Shown here: positions 9,959 to 19,187 of the stretch, one piece after another
Layout: each line of letters opens with the position of its first letter
How positions within the stretch are numbered: the stretch's first letter is position 1
NCBI GenBank assembly: GCA_963822965.1
Contig: CAWGJT010000013.1
Span: 160,001 to 224,000, forward strand
Source of the DNA: an uncultured delta proteobacterium
GTDB taxonomy: Bacteria; Myxococcota_A; UBA9160; UBA4427
Direction of reading: 5' to 3'
DNA length: 64,000 bases
The notes under the pieces: generated by a model
Database searches by the model: none
The model's input: the letters and a program-made list of their open reading frames with translations, nothing else
Told to the model about the DNA's origin: nothing
Position numbers and translations under genes: made by a program

Positions 9959-11140
9959 TTGGACGTCCTTCAGAAGTGCGCCGACTACTCGCTTGCCAGG
10001 GAGCTGCGGAGCGAGTCCCTCTACCCCTACTTCCGGCGGATCTCTTCGCCCCAGGACCCGGTCGTCACCATCGACGGCGAGAAGGTCATCATGCTGGGGT
10101 CGAACAACTACCTGGGCCTGACGAGTCACCCCGAGGTGAAGCAGGCGGCCGCCGATGCGGTCCTGAAGTACGGCACCGGGTGCGCGGGCTCGCGCCTGCT
10201 CAACGGCACCCTCGACATCCACGTGGAGCTCGACGAGCGCCTGGCCTCCTTCATGAAGGCCGAGGCTGCCATCACGTTCTCCACGGGCTACCAGGTGAAC
10301 CTCGGCGTGCTCTCGTGCCTGCTGGGCCGGCACGACGTGGCCCTGCTCGATCGCCTGGACCACGCCTCGATCATCGACGGGGTGCGCCTCGGCTTCGGCC
10401 GCTCGCTCAAGTTCCGCCACAACGACATGGCGGACCTGGACGCGAAGCTCGGCCGGGTCAGCGCCAACAAGGGGAAGCTCATCGTCGTGGACGGCGTCTT
10501 CTCGATGGAGGGGGATCTCGCCAACCTGCCCGAGATCGTCGCGCTGAAGAAGAAGCACGACGCCCGCCTGATCGTGGACGACGCCCACGGCCTCGGCGTC
10601 TTCGGCGAGAACGGACGCGGCACCGCCGAGCACTTCGGGCTGGAGCACGAGACGGACCTCGTGATGGGCACGTTCTCCAAGTCCCTGGCCACGGTGGGCG
10701 GCTTCATCGCCGGCGAGGCCTACGTGGTGGACTACATCCGCCACCACGCCCGCTCGCAGATCTTCTCGGCGGCCCTGCCCCCGGGCTCGGCGGCGGCCGT
10801 CCTGAAGGCACTCGAGATCGTCGAGCGCGAGCCCGACCGCCGCAAGCAGCTGTGGGAGAACACCGACTTCATGAAGCGGGAGCTGCAGAACCTGGGCTTC
10901 GACACCGGCCACAGCCAGTCACCGGTGATCCCGCTCGTCGTCGGCGAGGACCTGACGACCTTCATGATGGCGAAGCGCCTGGGAGAGGAGGGTGTCTTCG
11001 CGAACCCGATCGTGGCGCCGGCGGTCCCGGACGGCCAGGCCCTGATCCGGACCTCCTACATGGCGACCCACAAGCGGGAGCACCTGGAGCGCGCGCTCAC
11101 CGCCCTCGCCAAGGTGGGCCGCGAGCTGGGCGTCATCTAG
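9959..11140 (+). CDS. spt: Serine palmitoyltransferase-like alpha-oxoamine synthase (PLP)
   Basis: LYPYFRRI, GSNNYLGL, YGTGCAGSRLLNGTLDIH, FSTGYQVNLG, DHASIIDG, DDAHG, GTFSKS; AGGAGG RBS before a TTG start. Confidence 0.72.
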   Translation: MDVLQKCADYSLARELRSESLYPYFRRISSPQDPVVTIDGEKVIMLGSNNYLGLTSHPEVKQAAADAVLKYGTGCAGSRLLNGTLDIHVELDERLASFMKAEAAITFSTGYQVNLGVLSCLLGRHDVALLDRLDHASIIDGVRLGFGRSLKFRHNDMADLDAKLGRVSANKGKLIVVDGVFSMEGDLANLPEIVALKKKHDARLIVDDAHGLGVFGENGRGTAEHFGLEHETDLVMGTFSKSLATVGGFIAGEAYVVDYIRHHARSQIFSAALPPGSAAAVLKALEIVEREPDRRKQLWENTDFMKRELQNLGFDTGHSQSPVIPLVVGEDLTTFMMAKRLGEEGVFANPIVAPAVPDGQALIRTSYMATHKREHLERALTALAKVGRELGVI

Positions 11141-11306
11141 CCCCAATCCGTCATCCAGCGCGCTTCCCGCGTGCCGCAGGCCCGGCCAGGCGTTGCGGAT
11201 GGCGAGCATTGCCGACCTCGCCGATGCTCGCTGTGCAGTAGCGCGGCCAAGCCCGTCCGTTGCGCGGCGAGCCCGGATCGACGAGCTCGGCCGCTATCAT
11301 CGCGCG

Positions 11307-12440
11307 ATGAGCCGCATCTCCCGCCGCCGCTTCCTGCAGGCGTCCCTCGGCGGCGCGCTCTGGGTGAGCGGCTGCGGCTGGGTGCCTCCCCTGGCGGCGG
11401 TGTCCGAGGAGGCGTTCGACCTCCACCGGCGGAGCCTCGTCGTCGACCTGCACATCGACACCCTGCTGTGGCGCCGACTGTTCGGCTACGACCCCTTCCA
11501 GCGCCACGAGAACCGCATTCCCGGCCGCCCCTTCGGCTACCACTTCGATCTGCCCCGGGCCGCACAGGGCGGGCTCGACGCCGCGGTCATGGGCCTCGTC
11601 ATCGACCCCGCCGAGGTACGGGACGAGCTCACGTGGCCTCTACGCACCCTCGCCTGGTGGGAGCCGGACCACGGGATCTCCCAGACCCTCGCGACCCTGG
11701 ATCTGCTGGCCGAGATGGACGAGGCCGAGCCGGAGCGCGTGTTCTTCGCCCGGCGCGGAAGCGACATCGCCCCGGAGGTCGAGCGGGGACGCTTCGTCGC
11801 CTTCGCCGGGCTCGAGGGCGCGCAGGGGCTCGAGGGCGACCTCTCGAACCTGCCGCCCCTCTACGAGCGGGGCCTGCGCATGGTCGGTCTGGTGCACTTC
11901 CAAGCGACGGCCGCCGGCTACCCGATGACGGTTTCGGCCTTCTACGGCAAGGGGCTCACCGACTTCGGGCGCGAGCTCATCGGCGAGCTGGAGCGACTCG
12001 GCGTCGTGGTCGACCTCGCCCATCTGAACGCCGCCGGGGTGTGGGACGCCCTGTTCGCCATGCGGCGGCCCTGCGTGGTGAGCCACACCGCCTGCCGGGC
12101 GCTGCACGATCACCCGCGGAACCTGACCGACCGGCAGCTCGAGCTGATCGGACAGGGCGGAGGCGTCGTCGGAATCGCGGCGGGTCGCGACTTCCTCGGC
12201 GGGGGCGGGATCGAGGCCTTCCTCGATCACGTCGAGCACGCCCTCGAAGTGGCGGGACCCCACGCGGTGGCGCTGGGCTCGGACTACGACGGCTTCATCG
12301 TGCCCGTCGAGGGCATGGGCGACGTGCGCTGCTATCCCCTCGTCACCCAGGGGCTGCTCGATCGCGGGCAGGATCCCGAGGTGATCTCGCAGCTCCTCGG
12401 CACCAACGCGGTACGTGTGCTGACCGACGTCTGCGGCTGA
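11307..12440 (+). CDS. Tat-exported M19 membrane (renal-type) dipeptidase
   Basis: MSRISRRRFLQ twin-arginine signal; DLHIDT, GLEGA, VDLAH, VSHT, LGSDYDG. Confidence 0.88.
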   Translation: MSRISRRRFLQASLGGALWVSGCGWVPPLAAVSEEAFDLHRRSLVVDLHIDTLLWRRLFGYDPFQRHENRIPGRPFGYHFDLPRAAQGGLDAAVMGLVIDPAEVRDELTWPLRTLAWWEPDHGISQTLATLDLLAEMDEAEPERVFFARRGSDIAPEVERGRFVAFAGLEGAQGLEGDLSNLPPLYERGLRMVGLVHFQATAAGYPMTVSAFYGKGLTDFGRELIGELERLGVVVDLAHLNAAGVWDALFAMRRPCVVSHTACRALHDHPRNLTDRQLELIGQGGGVVGIAAGRDFLGGGGIEAFLDHVEHALEVAGPHAVALGSDYDGFIVPVEGMGDVRCYPLVTQGLLDRGQDPEVISQLLGTNAVRVLTDVCG

Positions 12441-12442
12441 GC

Positions 12443-12511
12443 TTCAGTCGCGCAGCCGAGCCCGATTCAGTCGCGCAGCCGTGCCCGATTCAGTCGCGCA
12501 GCCGCGCCCGG
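12443..12511. repeat. Three 23-bp tandem copies of the 3' end (with stop codon) of the DUF815 gene
   Basis: TTCAGTCGCGCAGCCG(A/T/C)GCCCG(A/G) x3; the third copy is the gene's RARLRD-stop. Confidence 0.92.
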
Positions 12512-13374
12512 CCCACGTAGTCGTCGACGAACTGCCTGGCGGCCCGCCCCGAACGGGTGGCCCGAACCACCGTCCAACGCAGGGCCTCCTCGCGCACGGC
12601 GTCGCTCCACGCGAAGCCCGCCTGCTTCAGGTAGTGCTCGACGATCGTGAGATAGGTCGGCTGGTCGAAGTTGTAGAAGCCGATGGTGAGCCCGAAGCGG
12701 TCCGACAGGGCCAGACGCTCCTCGAGCGCCTCGCCGAGGTGGAGCTCGCCGTCCTCATCGAGCCGCGCCGCACGATTGTCGGCCATGGATTCGGGAACCA
12801 GGTGACGGCGATTGCTCGTCGCCACGATGCGGACGTTCTCGGGCGGCGCCTCGAGGCTTCCTTCCAGGGCCGCCTTCAGCTCGCGGTAGCCCGCCTCGCC
12901 GCTCGCGAAGGACAGGTCGTCACAGAAGACGAGGAAGCGATGGCGACCGCCGTCGGCCCGCAGGGCTTCCAGCACCCGGGGAAGGTGGACGAGGTCCTCT
13001 CGCTGCACCTCGACGAGGCGCAGGCCGCGATCCGCGAAGCGCTCGAGCACCCCCTTGACCGCGGACGACTTGCCGGTGCCCCGCTCGCCGTAGAGCAGCA
13101 CGTTGTTGGCCGGGAGCCCGCGGACGAATTGCTCCACGTTCGCGACCAGCCGCGCGACGGCCCGATCGACGCCGATCAGGTCGTCCAGCGAGAAGCGCGC
13201 GGGCGACTCGATGGGCAGGAGCCGACCCGGTCCGCGCGCGGTCTCCCAGCGAAACGCCCGATGCCGCTCGAAGGTCGCCGCGTCGGGGCCACGACCCGTC
13301 GCCTCGTGCAGCAGCTCTTCGGTCAGCTCGAGCACCCGTCCCAGACGCGCGAGAGCAGTTCGGATTCCGGCCAT
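12490..13374 (-). CDS. DUF815 family AAA+ ATPase
   Basis: NNVLLYGERGTGKSS, VFCDDLSF, LKAALEGS, ATSNRRHL, LSDRFGL, RSGRAARQF. Confidence 0.9.
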   Translation of the reverse strand: MAGIRTALARLGRVLELTEELLHEATGRGPDAATFERHRAFRWETARGPGRLLPIESPARFSLDDLIGVDRAVARLVANVEQFVRGLPANNVLLYGERGTGKSSAVKGVLERFADRGLRLVEVQREDLVHLPRVLEALRADGGRHRFLVFCDDLSFASGEAGYRELKAALEGSLEAPPENVRIVATSNRRHLVPESMADNRAARLDEDGELHLGEALEERLALSDRFGLTIGFYNFDQPTYLTIVEHYLKQAGFAWSDAVREEALRWTVVRATRSGRAARQFVDDYVGRARLRD

Positions 13375-13429
13375 GGCGCCCGATTGTAGGCCCGCGATCG
13401 CGGCGCGCGGGACCGGTTAGAATCGCCCG

Positions 13430-13633
13430 ATGGAGATCGATCCGGGGCTTTGCGGGCGTTGTCGCTTCGCCCAGGTGCAACGAAGCGCCCGGGGCGCCGG
13501 GTTCCTGCGCTGCAGGCGCGCCGACCGGGACCCGACCTTCCTCCGGTATCCGCCGCTGCCCGTGCTCGCTTGCCCCGGCTTTCGGGAGGACCCGCCCCCG
13601 CGGGATGGCCGGCTCGCCGAGCGGCTGGGCTGA
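13430..13633 (+). CDS. Small Cys-rich hypothetical protein (possibly metal-binding)
   Basis: 67 aa with GLCGRC, FLRC and RYPPLPVLACPGF; fills the intergenic gap. Confidence 0.65.
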   Translation: MEIDPGLCGRCRFAQVQRSARGAGFLRCRRADRDPTFLRYPPLPVLACPGFREDPPPRDGRLAERLG

Positions 13634-13695
13634 CATTTGCCCGCCGGTGCAACCACCTGCCTTCAGCCCGGCCGCCGGCCGGAAGGAGGGAATCG

Positions 13696-15651
13696 ATGAT
13701 GTCGAGGCGCAGCCTGCTCAGCCTGGTCGCGATGGTCCTGCTTGCGGGCACCGGTTTCAGCATGCGGGAGTGCGCTCCGCCCCCCGGCCTGCCGCCGGCC
13801 GCCGATCCCGACCGCTGGCTCAGCCAGGAGGTGGTGGAGATGCCGGGCTACGTCGAGCCGCACACGCCCGGCTCGGGCATGCCCGAGGAGGTGGTGCTCG
13901 GCCCCGACCACCCGGTGGTGCGCCTGCTCGGCCCCGATCCGGACCTCAACAAGGTGTCGTACATCCGCACCCGGACGCGCGTTCCCAGGGGCCGACACCC
14001 GAGGGCGGTGCTCATCCTGATCCCCGGCTTCCTGGGTGGGGGCACGACCTTCGACCCGCTGGCCCGCCAGCTCGCCCTGCGCTTCCGGGGCGACCTCGAG
14101 GTGTGGGCGGTGGACCGCCGGCCCAACCAGCTCGAGGACCGGCTCGGTGCCCTGCACGCGGTGGAAGGCGCCCGCGATCCCCTGTGCGAGCGCACCCCGC
14201 CGGACCCGGGCTGTCCGATCTTCGAGGGCGCGCAGTTCTACTTCCCGGACCTCGACCTGCCGCCGCTCGGAAACTTCCCCGGCCCCGAGGACAAGGACGT
14301 CGACCTCGACGGCGAGCTCGACCCGCAGCTGCCCCTCGTCGATCGGTTCGGCGTGAGCCGGACGTCCATCAACCTGCAGCAGGACGACGTGCGCGCCTTC
14401 TTCGCCTACTGGGGCATCGACACCTATGCGCGCGACTGGAAGCTGCTGGCCGAGAAGGCCCGCCGGCTGGTCGGCGAGCACGGGCTGGTGCTGATGGGCG
14501 GACACTCCCAGGGTACGAGCTGGGCGACGGTCTTCGCGGCGTACGACTTCGATCCCGACCCCGACGTCGTGGACGCGGGCTACGACTACCTCGACGGACT
14601 CGTCCTGCTCGAAGGGGGCGGGATCGGCCCGGGCCAGCTGTCGAAGCCGTCGCTCTCGGCCTACGAGCTGTGGATCCGCGGGATCGCCGAGTTCAATGTG
14701 CCGGCCTTCCTCGAGGACTTCAGCGGCATTCCGCTGCTGGGTCTCGGCAACTCCGGCGAGGTCGCCGCCATCGCGGGCCACTTCATGCCCGACGAGCCGT
14801 CCCTCATCCAGCGCACTCCCACCTTCGGGACCGGGCTCGTCTCGCTGCTGCTCGGCGCACCGGCCACCAACGAGGCGGTGACGGGCTTCTTCCTCGACGA
14901 CGACTTCTCGCCCATCAGCGCCTTCCGCGCCTCGATCGGATTCAGCGACAACGGTCCGAACACGTTCCTGCCCGGCGGGGCGGGGCTGCTTCCCTTCTAC
15001 CTGGCCGGGCCCGCGAACGACGGCTCGGGACTGCGCACCTGGATCGACTACGACGAGGTGGACGAGACCTGTGTCGATCCCACCGTGAGCCCCGGCTGTG
15101 CGATCGTCGACAACGGACCGCCCTCGCTTCCGAGCGACCCCTTCCCGAAGACCAACGGCGTGGAGCGCGAGGTCTCGAGCCTTCAGGACTTCCTGCTCAC
15201 GCAGTTCGGCAAGGCCAACGGCTTCGAGTGGTACTTCGTCGACCGCCGGGTGAGCCTCGACTTCGAGTACGGCAACGACTCGAGCGCGCTGGTGGCGGAG
15301 TCCGTGGCGCGGGACGGAACGGAGGGTCCGCTGGTCATCACCCAGAATGCGAACGTCGACGTGCCGGTGCTGGCCATCGGCGGCTCGAACGGTCTCGCCC
15401 CGGAGCCTCGGAGCTTCGAGCGCTACCTTTCGTCCATCGCCACCCCCGTCGAGGACCAGCGCGTCGTCGTCCTCGAGGGCTACGCACACCTCGACGCGAC
15501 CATGGCTCGGGACAACGAGGCCGCCCAGGAGATCGAAGACTTCGTCGACGACCTGCTGGCCTCGAAAGGAGGGGGACACCGTTGGCACGCCCGCCCGCCG
15601 TCGGAGAGCTGGCACCGGATTTCACGCTGGTCTCCACCCAGGGAGAGGTGA
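13696..15651 (+). CDS. Secreted alpha/beta hydrolase (lipase/esterase-like) with large insertions
   Basis: GGAGG RBS, signal peptide, LIPGFLGGG oxyanion region, GGHSQG nucleophile, YAHLD catalytic His. Confidence 0.75.
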   Translation: MMSRRSLLSLVAMVLLAGTGFSMRECAPPPGLPPAADPDRWLSQEVVEMPGYVEPHTPGSGMPEEVVLGPDHPVVRLLGPDPDLNKVSYIRTRTRVPRGRHPRAVLILIPGFLGGGTTFDPLARQLALRFRGDLEVWAVDRRPNQLEDRLGALHAVEGARDPLCERTPPDPGCPIFEGAQFYFPDLDLPPLGNFPGPEDKDVDLDGELDPQLPLVDRFGVSRTSINLQQDDVRAFFAYWGIDTYARDWKLLAEKARRLVGEHGLVLMGGHSQGTSWATVFAAYDFDPDPDVVDAGYDYLDGLVLLEGGGIGPGQLSKPSLSAYELWIRGIAEFNVPAFLEDFSGIPLLGLGNSGEVAAIAGHFMPDEPSLIQRTPTFGTGLVSLLLGAPATNEAVTGFFLDDDFSPISAFRASIGFSDNGPNTFLPGGAGLLPFYLAGPANDGSGLRTWIDYDEVDETCVDPTVSPGCAIVDNGPPSLPSDPFPKTNGVEREVSSLQDFLLTQFGKANGFEWYFVDRRVSLDFEYGNDSSALVAESVARDGTEGPLVITQNANVDVPVLAIGGSNGLAPEPRSFERYLSSIATPVEDQRVVVLEGYAHLDATMARDNEAAQEIEDFVDDLLASKGGGHRWHARPPSESWHRISRWSPPRER

Positions 15652-16040
15652 CCCTCTCCTCGCGCTGCCGCGACCGGAGCGTGTTGCTCGTCTTCTATCC
15701 CGGAGACGACACTCCGGTATGTACGAAGCAGCTCTGCGACTACCGAGACCACCTCGGCGTGTTCCAGGACCTCGGGGTGGACGTGCTCGGCATCAACCCC
15801 CAAAGCCTGGACTCCCACCGCCGCTTCGCCGAGAAGCACGGGCTCTCGTTTCCGCTGCTGTCCGACGAGGACAAGAGCGTCTGCCGGAGCTACGGCGCCC
15901 TCAACCTGCTCGGCATGGCCAAGCGGGCGCTCGTGCTGGTCGGAGCCGACCGCCGGGTTCGCTACAGCCGGGTGGACCTGCCGATCTTCCACCGCAGCGC
16001 GAGCGAGCTGGAAGAGGTGGTCGCCGCCCTGCCCGCGTGA
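15582..16040 (+). CDS. bcp: Peroxiredoxin (BCP/PrxQ)
   Basis: VGELAPDFTL, FYPGDDTPVCTKQLC, FPLLSD; TTG start after AAAGGAGG. Confidence 0.88.
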   Translation: MARPPAVGELAPDFTLVSTQGEVTLSSRCRDRSVLLVFYPGDDTPVCTKQLCDYRDHLGVFQDLGVDVLGINPQSLDSHRRFAEKHGLSFPLLSDEDKSVCRSYGALNLLGMAKRALVLVGADRRVRYSRVDLPIFHRSASELEEVVAALPA

Positions 16041-16055
16041 CCGCGCCGCAGCCCG

Positions 16056-16958
16056 TCAGGACCGCCTGCGCGGATCGCCCGCCAGGATGTAGTCGAGCGG
16101 ATCGACGGCCCCGCTGGAGCGTCGCGGCCCGTCCCACAGCTCGCCGGCCCGCGCGCCTCGCACGATCCGGTAGCGGCGGCGGTCGAAGGTCCGGTCCGTC
16201 GTCCAGGCCCACTCCACGTCGAGGGCCGTGTAGTGCGCGGAGATCGCGCGGCGGAAGCCCTGGGTGCGGTTGCGCCCCGAGCCGTGGAGCAGGACCGGGT
16301 GGAAGAAGACCGTGTCGCCCGGCTCCATCTCCAGGTGGACGCGCCGTTCCAGGGCATCGCCCACCTCGCGCACCCCGAAGTAGCCGCCGTTCACGTACTC
16401 CCAGTCCGGATTGCCGTGGGCCAGCAGCTCACCGCGATGCGAGCCGGGAATCGCCACCAGGCAGCCGTTCTCCTGGCTGACCCGCTCGAGGGCCGTCCAG
16501 CTCGCGACGATGCGATCCGCAGGACGGAACGGGAAGTAGAGCAGGTCCTGGTGCAACGGGTGGCGGCCGTCGACGTTGGGGGGCTTGTTGATGAGCATCG
16601 TGTGGACGGTCTGGACGTCGCGTCCGACGATGCGCTCCACGCAGTCGAGCACGCGCTCGTGGGTGGTGTAGGAATCCAGGACGGGGTCCTTCTCGTAGTC
16701 CTGGATCTTCGCGACCGCCTCCAGCGGCGAGCCCGGGCGGACGGCCCCCTTCGCGACCATCACGTCGCGCATCACGAGCATGCCCTCCGCGGGCTCGACC
16801 CGGCCCTCCACGATGTCCCCGAGCCGCGCCAGCCAGCGGTCGAGGTCGGCCTGGGGCACGAGACCGGGAACGACGACGAAGCCGTTCTGCCAGTAGCTGT
16901 CCAGCATCTCGTCCCCGATGGGGGTCTCTCTCGTGCCCGGCCTGGCGGTCTCGTTCAT
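16056..16958 (-). CDS. Phytanoyl-CoA dioxygenase (PhyH) family Fe/2OG enzyme
   Basis: HTMLINKPP, HPLHQDLLYFP, NGCLVAIPGSH, FHPVLLHGSGRNRT. Confidence 0.9.
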   Translation of the reverse strand: MNETARPGTRETPIGDEMLDSYWQNGFVVVPGLVPQADLDRWLARLGDIVEGRVEPAEGMLVMRDVMVAKGAVRPGSPLEAVAKIQDYEKDPVLDSYTTHERVLDCVERIVGRDVQTVHTMLINKPPNVDGRHPLHQDLLYFPFRPADRIVASWTALERVSQENGCLVAIPGSHRGELLAHGNPDWEYVNGGYFGVREVGDALERRVHLEMEPGDTVFFHPVLLHGSGRNRTQGFRRAISAHYTALDVEWAWTTDRTFDRRRYRIVRGARAGELWDGPRRSSGAVDPLDYILAGDPRRRS

Positions 16959-16975
16959 GCCGTCCTCTTCGCGCC

Positions 16976-17605
16976 TCAGCGCGCGTCCGTCCACTTGTCC
17001 GGCAGGGGCCTTCCGACGATGGAGAAGAAGAGGTCGAGAAAGCGGTAGGTGAGGCCCCACACGATGTGGCGGTCGGGCTCGCCCACCAGGATCCCCGGCA
17101 GCTGCCGGCCCTCGTAGGTGGCGTGGGGATAGGTGACGTGCCGCTCGCTGTCCAGCAGCGACGCGACGGGAAACCAGAACGCCTGCTGGACCTCGCGGTT
17201 CGTGACGATCCGGCCCGGCTCGGGAAGCCAGTACACGTGGGCGGAGACGACCATGCCGCGGGAGCGCTGGGAGTACCCCTGGAGATCGTCGAGCCTTCCG
17301 AGATGGGTGGCGTCCGCGAGCGAGAGGCCGACCTCCTCCAGGGTCTCCCGCTCGGCGGCGTGGCGCGTCCCCGCGTCCGAGGGCTCCATGCGTCCGCCCG
17401 GGAACGCCATGTGGCCCGACCAGGGATCTCCCTTGCGCCGGGCCCGCTCGATGAAGAGCACCTCGGGCCGCGCGTCGCGCTCGCGGAGGATCATCGCGAC
17501 CGCCGCCCGGGCGAGGTCCTCTCCCCCGACCAGGCTCGGCTGGTAGCGGTCGAGGCTCTTCTCGATGTCTTCCAGGGTCGGCACGGTCGGGACGATAGCG
17601 ACCAC
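16976..17605 (-). CDS. Nudix CoA pyrophosphatase (NudL/PCD1-like)
   Basis: DPWSGHMAFPGG, AAERETLEEVG Nudix box, IVWGLT. Confidence 0.9.
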   Translation of the reverse strand: MVAIVPTVPTLEDIEKSLDRYQPSLVGGEDLARAAVAMILRERDARPEVLFIERARRKGDPWSGHMAFPGGRMEPSDAGTRHAAERETLEEVGLSLADATHLGRLDDLQGYSQRSRGMVVSAHVYWLPEPGRIVTNREVQQAFWFPVASLLDSERHVTYPHATYEGRQLPGILVGEPDRHIVWGLTYRFLDLFFSIVGRPLPDKWTDAR

Positions 17606-17671
17606 GGGACGGGCGCCCCGCCCCGCCGACGACTCCGCAGATTCCGGGCCGGCCTGCTAGCTTGCGCTGCG

Positions 17672-18856
17672 ATGGACGTACCGTCCTCGATCATCCCCGA
17701 GCCGCGCCGGATCCTCCAGCTCGCCCGCCAGGACAAGCGCGCCGCCGAGGAAGCCGTGGCGGCCCTCTCCCTGGAGGACCAGGTGGGGCTCGTGTGCAGC
17801 GCGCCGCTGGCGCTACGGCCGAAGCTCCTGGAGCTGGCCCCGGCGCCGGAGGAGCTCATCCCCCTGCTCCCCGAGGCGGAGCTGTGCTTCACCGCCAAGG
17901 CGATCGGCCTGTGGGACGCGAGCTGGATCCTCGAGCACGCGACGCCCGCCCAGCTCGTCACGAGCCTCGATCTGGACGGCTGGAACGGGCTCGTGCCGGC
18001 GCCGGAGAGCCTGCGGACGTGGCTCGCGGCGCTCGCCGAGGCGGGCGACGAGACGTTGCTGCGCACCGCGCGCTCCGTAGACCCGGAGCTCGTCGTGCTG
18101 GTGCTGCGCGATCGGGTGCACGTCCTGCTCGACCCGAAGGACGAGGAATGGCAACCGCCGGACGGCGCACGGACCCTGGAAGGACAGTTCTACCTGGTGG
18201 CGCGGCAGCCGGGGGACGACCTGGACGACGTGATGAAGCTGCTGCGCGTGCTCTTCCAGGAGGACTACTGGCTCTACTTCCGCATGATGCAGGGCGTGAT
18301 CTGGGAGCTGGAGAGCGACCTCCAGGAGTGGGCCCTTCGCTGGCGGACCGGGCGCCTCGAGGATCTCGGCTTCCCGTCCTGGGACGAGGCGATGCGGATC
18401 TACGGCTACGTGCGTCCCAGCGAGCGCGACGAGATTCGGGAAGGAGACGACCCCCTCGACGTGGACGCGTGGTCGCTCCCGGTGTTCCTGCCCGAGCTGC
18501 CGGCGACCCTGAGCGAGGTGCACTCGGTCTTCCGGGCGGCGGCCGAGCTCGACGAACGGGAGCGCCGCGGCTTCTTCTACGCGTTCGTGGCCACGGCCAA
18601 TCGGGTGGCGGTCGCCGACCGCATGCCGCTCGGCGACGCCGACACCCTGCCCCAGGCGATCGAAGTCGTCGCCGCCGTCGTCAGCCGGGGCCTGGAGCAC
18701 ATCGCCACACAGAACGGGATCGGCCTCACCGACACCCTGCGGCGGGTGAGTCTCGAGCGCCTGTTCCGAGTGGGCGCGAGCCTCGAGGGACGCCGTCCTC
18801 CGCCCGCGCCGGAATTCGAGAGCGAGAGCGAAGAGCCGTCCGACGCCGGAAGCTGA
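17672..18856 (+). CDS. DUF6178-like conserved hypothetical protein
   Basis: LDLDGW and WRTGRLEDLGFP motifs, recalled from deltaproteobacterial DUF6178 proteins. Confidence 0.65.
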   Translation: MDVPSSIIPEPRRILQLARQDKRAAEEAVAALSLEDQVGLVCSAPLALRPKLLELAPAPEELIPLLPEAELCFTAKAIGLWDASWILEHATPAQLVTSLDLDGWNGLVPAPESLRTWLAALAEAGDETLLRTARSVDPELVVLVLRDRVHVLLDPKDEEWQPPDGARTLEGQFYLVARQPGDDLDDVMKLLRVLFQEDYWLYFRMMQGVIWELESDLQEWALRWRTGRLEDLGFPSWDEAMRIYGYVRPSERDEIREGDDPLDVDAWSLPVFLPELPATLSEVHSVFRAAAELDERERRGFFYAFVATANRVAVADRMPLGDADTLPQAIEVVAAVVSRGLEHIATQNGIGLTDTLRRVSLERLFRVGASLEGRRPPPAPEFESESEEPSDAGS

Positions 18857-18866
18857 CGTCTGAGCG

Positions 18867-19002
18867 GTCAGCGCCCCGCTGGGGCGCTGACTTGCAACCC
18901 GAGGACGACGCTGAGCGTCGTCCTCTTGGGAGCCGCGGGCGCGGCTTCTCGGGCGCCAGAAGCACGTGAGGGCCCGACCGGGATGACTCCCGGCGGGCCC
19001 TC
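18867..19002. terminator. Cluster of four GC-rich hairpins between convergent genes (terminator or REP-like)
   Basis: GTCAGCGCCCC-GCT-GGGGCGCTGAC (18867-18891); GAGGACGACGC-TGA-GCGTCGTCCTC (18901-18925); GGAGCCGC..GCGGCTTC; GAGGGCCCG..CGGGCCCTC (18968-19002). Confidence 0.55.
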
Positions 19003-19031
19003 GGTGCCCTGCCGACCCCTCCCCCTTTGAT

Positions 19032-19187
19032 CTCCGAAGGACTCCCCTCTCGGTCTCTCCCAGCCACGCCGACGTTGCTCGCCACGGCTGGTCTTGCACC
19101 CGCAGCAACCCGCGGATCCGACGTTCGAGCTGGGGGCTCTTCCGGCGGATGGAGCACGAGCGCGGCGGGATGAGAGGGGTTTCGGAG
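19032..19187 (-). ncRNA. Candidate structured RNA (long rod-like fold) downstream of the histone gene
   Basis: Nested pairings CTCCGAA/TTCGGAG, CCCCTCTC/GAGAGGGG, TCCCGCCGCGC/GCGTGGCTGGGA, TGCTC/GAGCA, ATCCGCGG/CTGCGGGT; G-U pairs work on the minus strand only. Confidence 0.4.

Noticed and set aside
19032..19187. SRP RNA, tRNA or tmRNA
   Set aside because: No SRP helix-8 motif, no cloverleaf or TTCGA arm with a CCA end, and no tag reading frame
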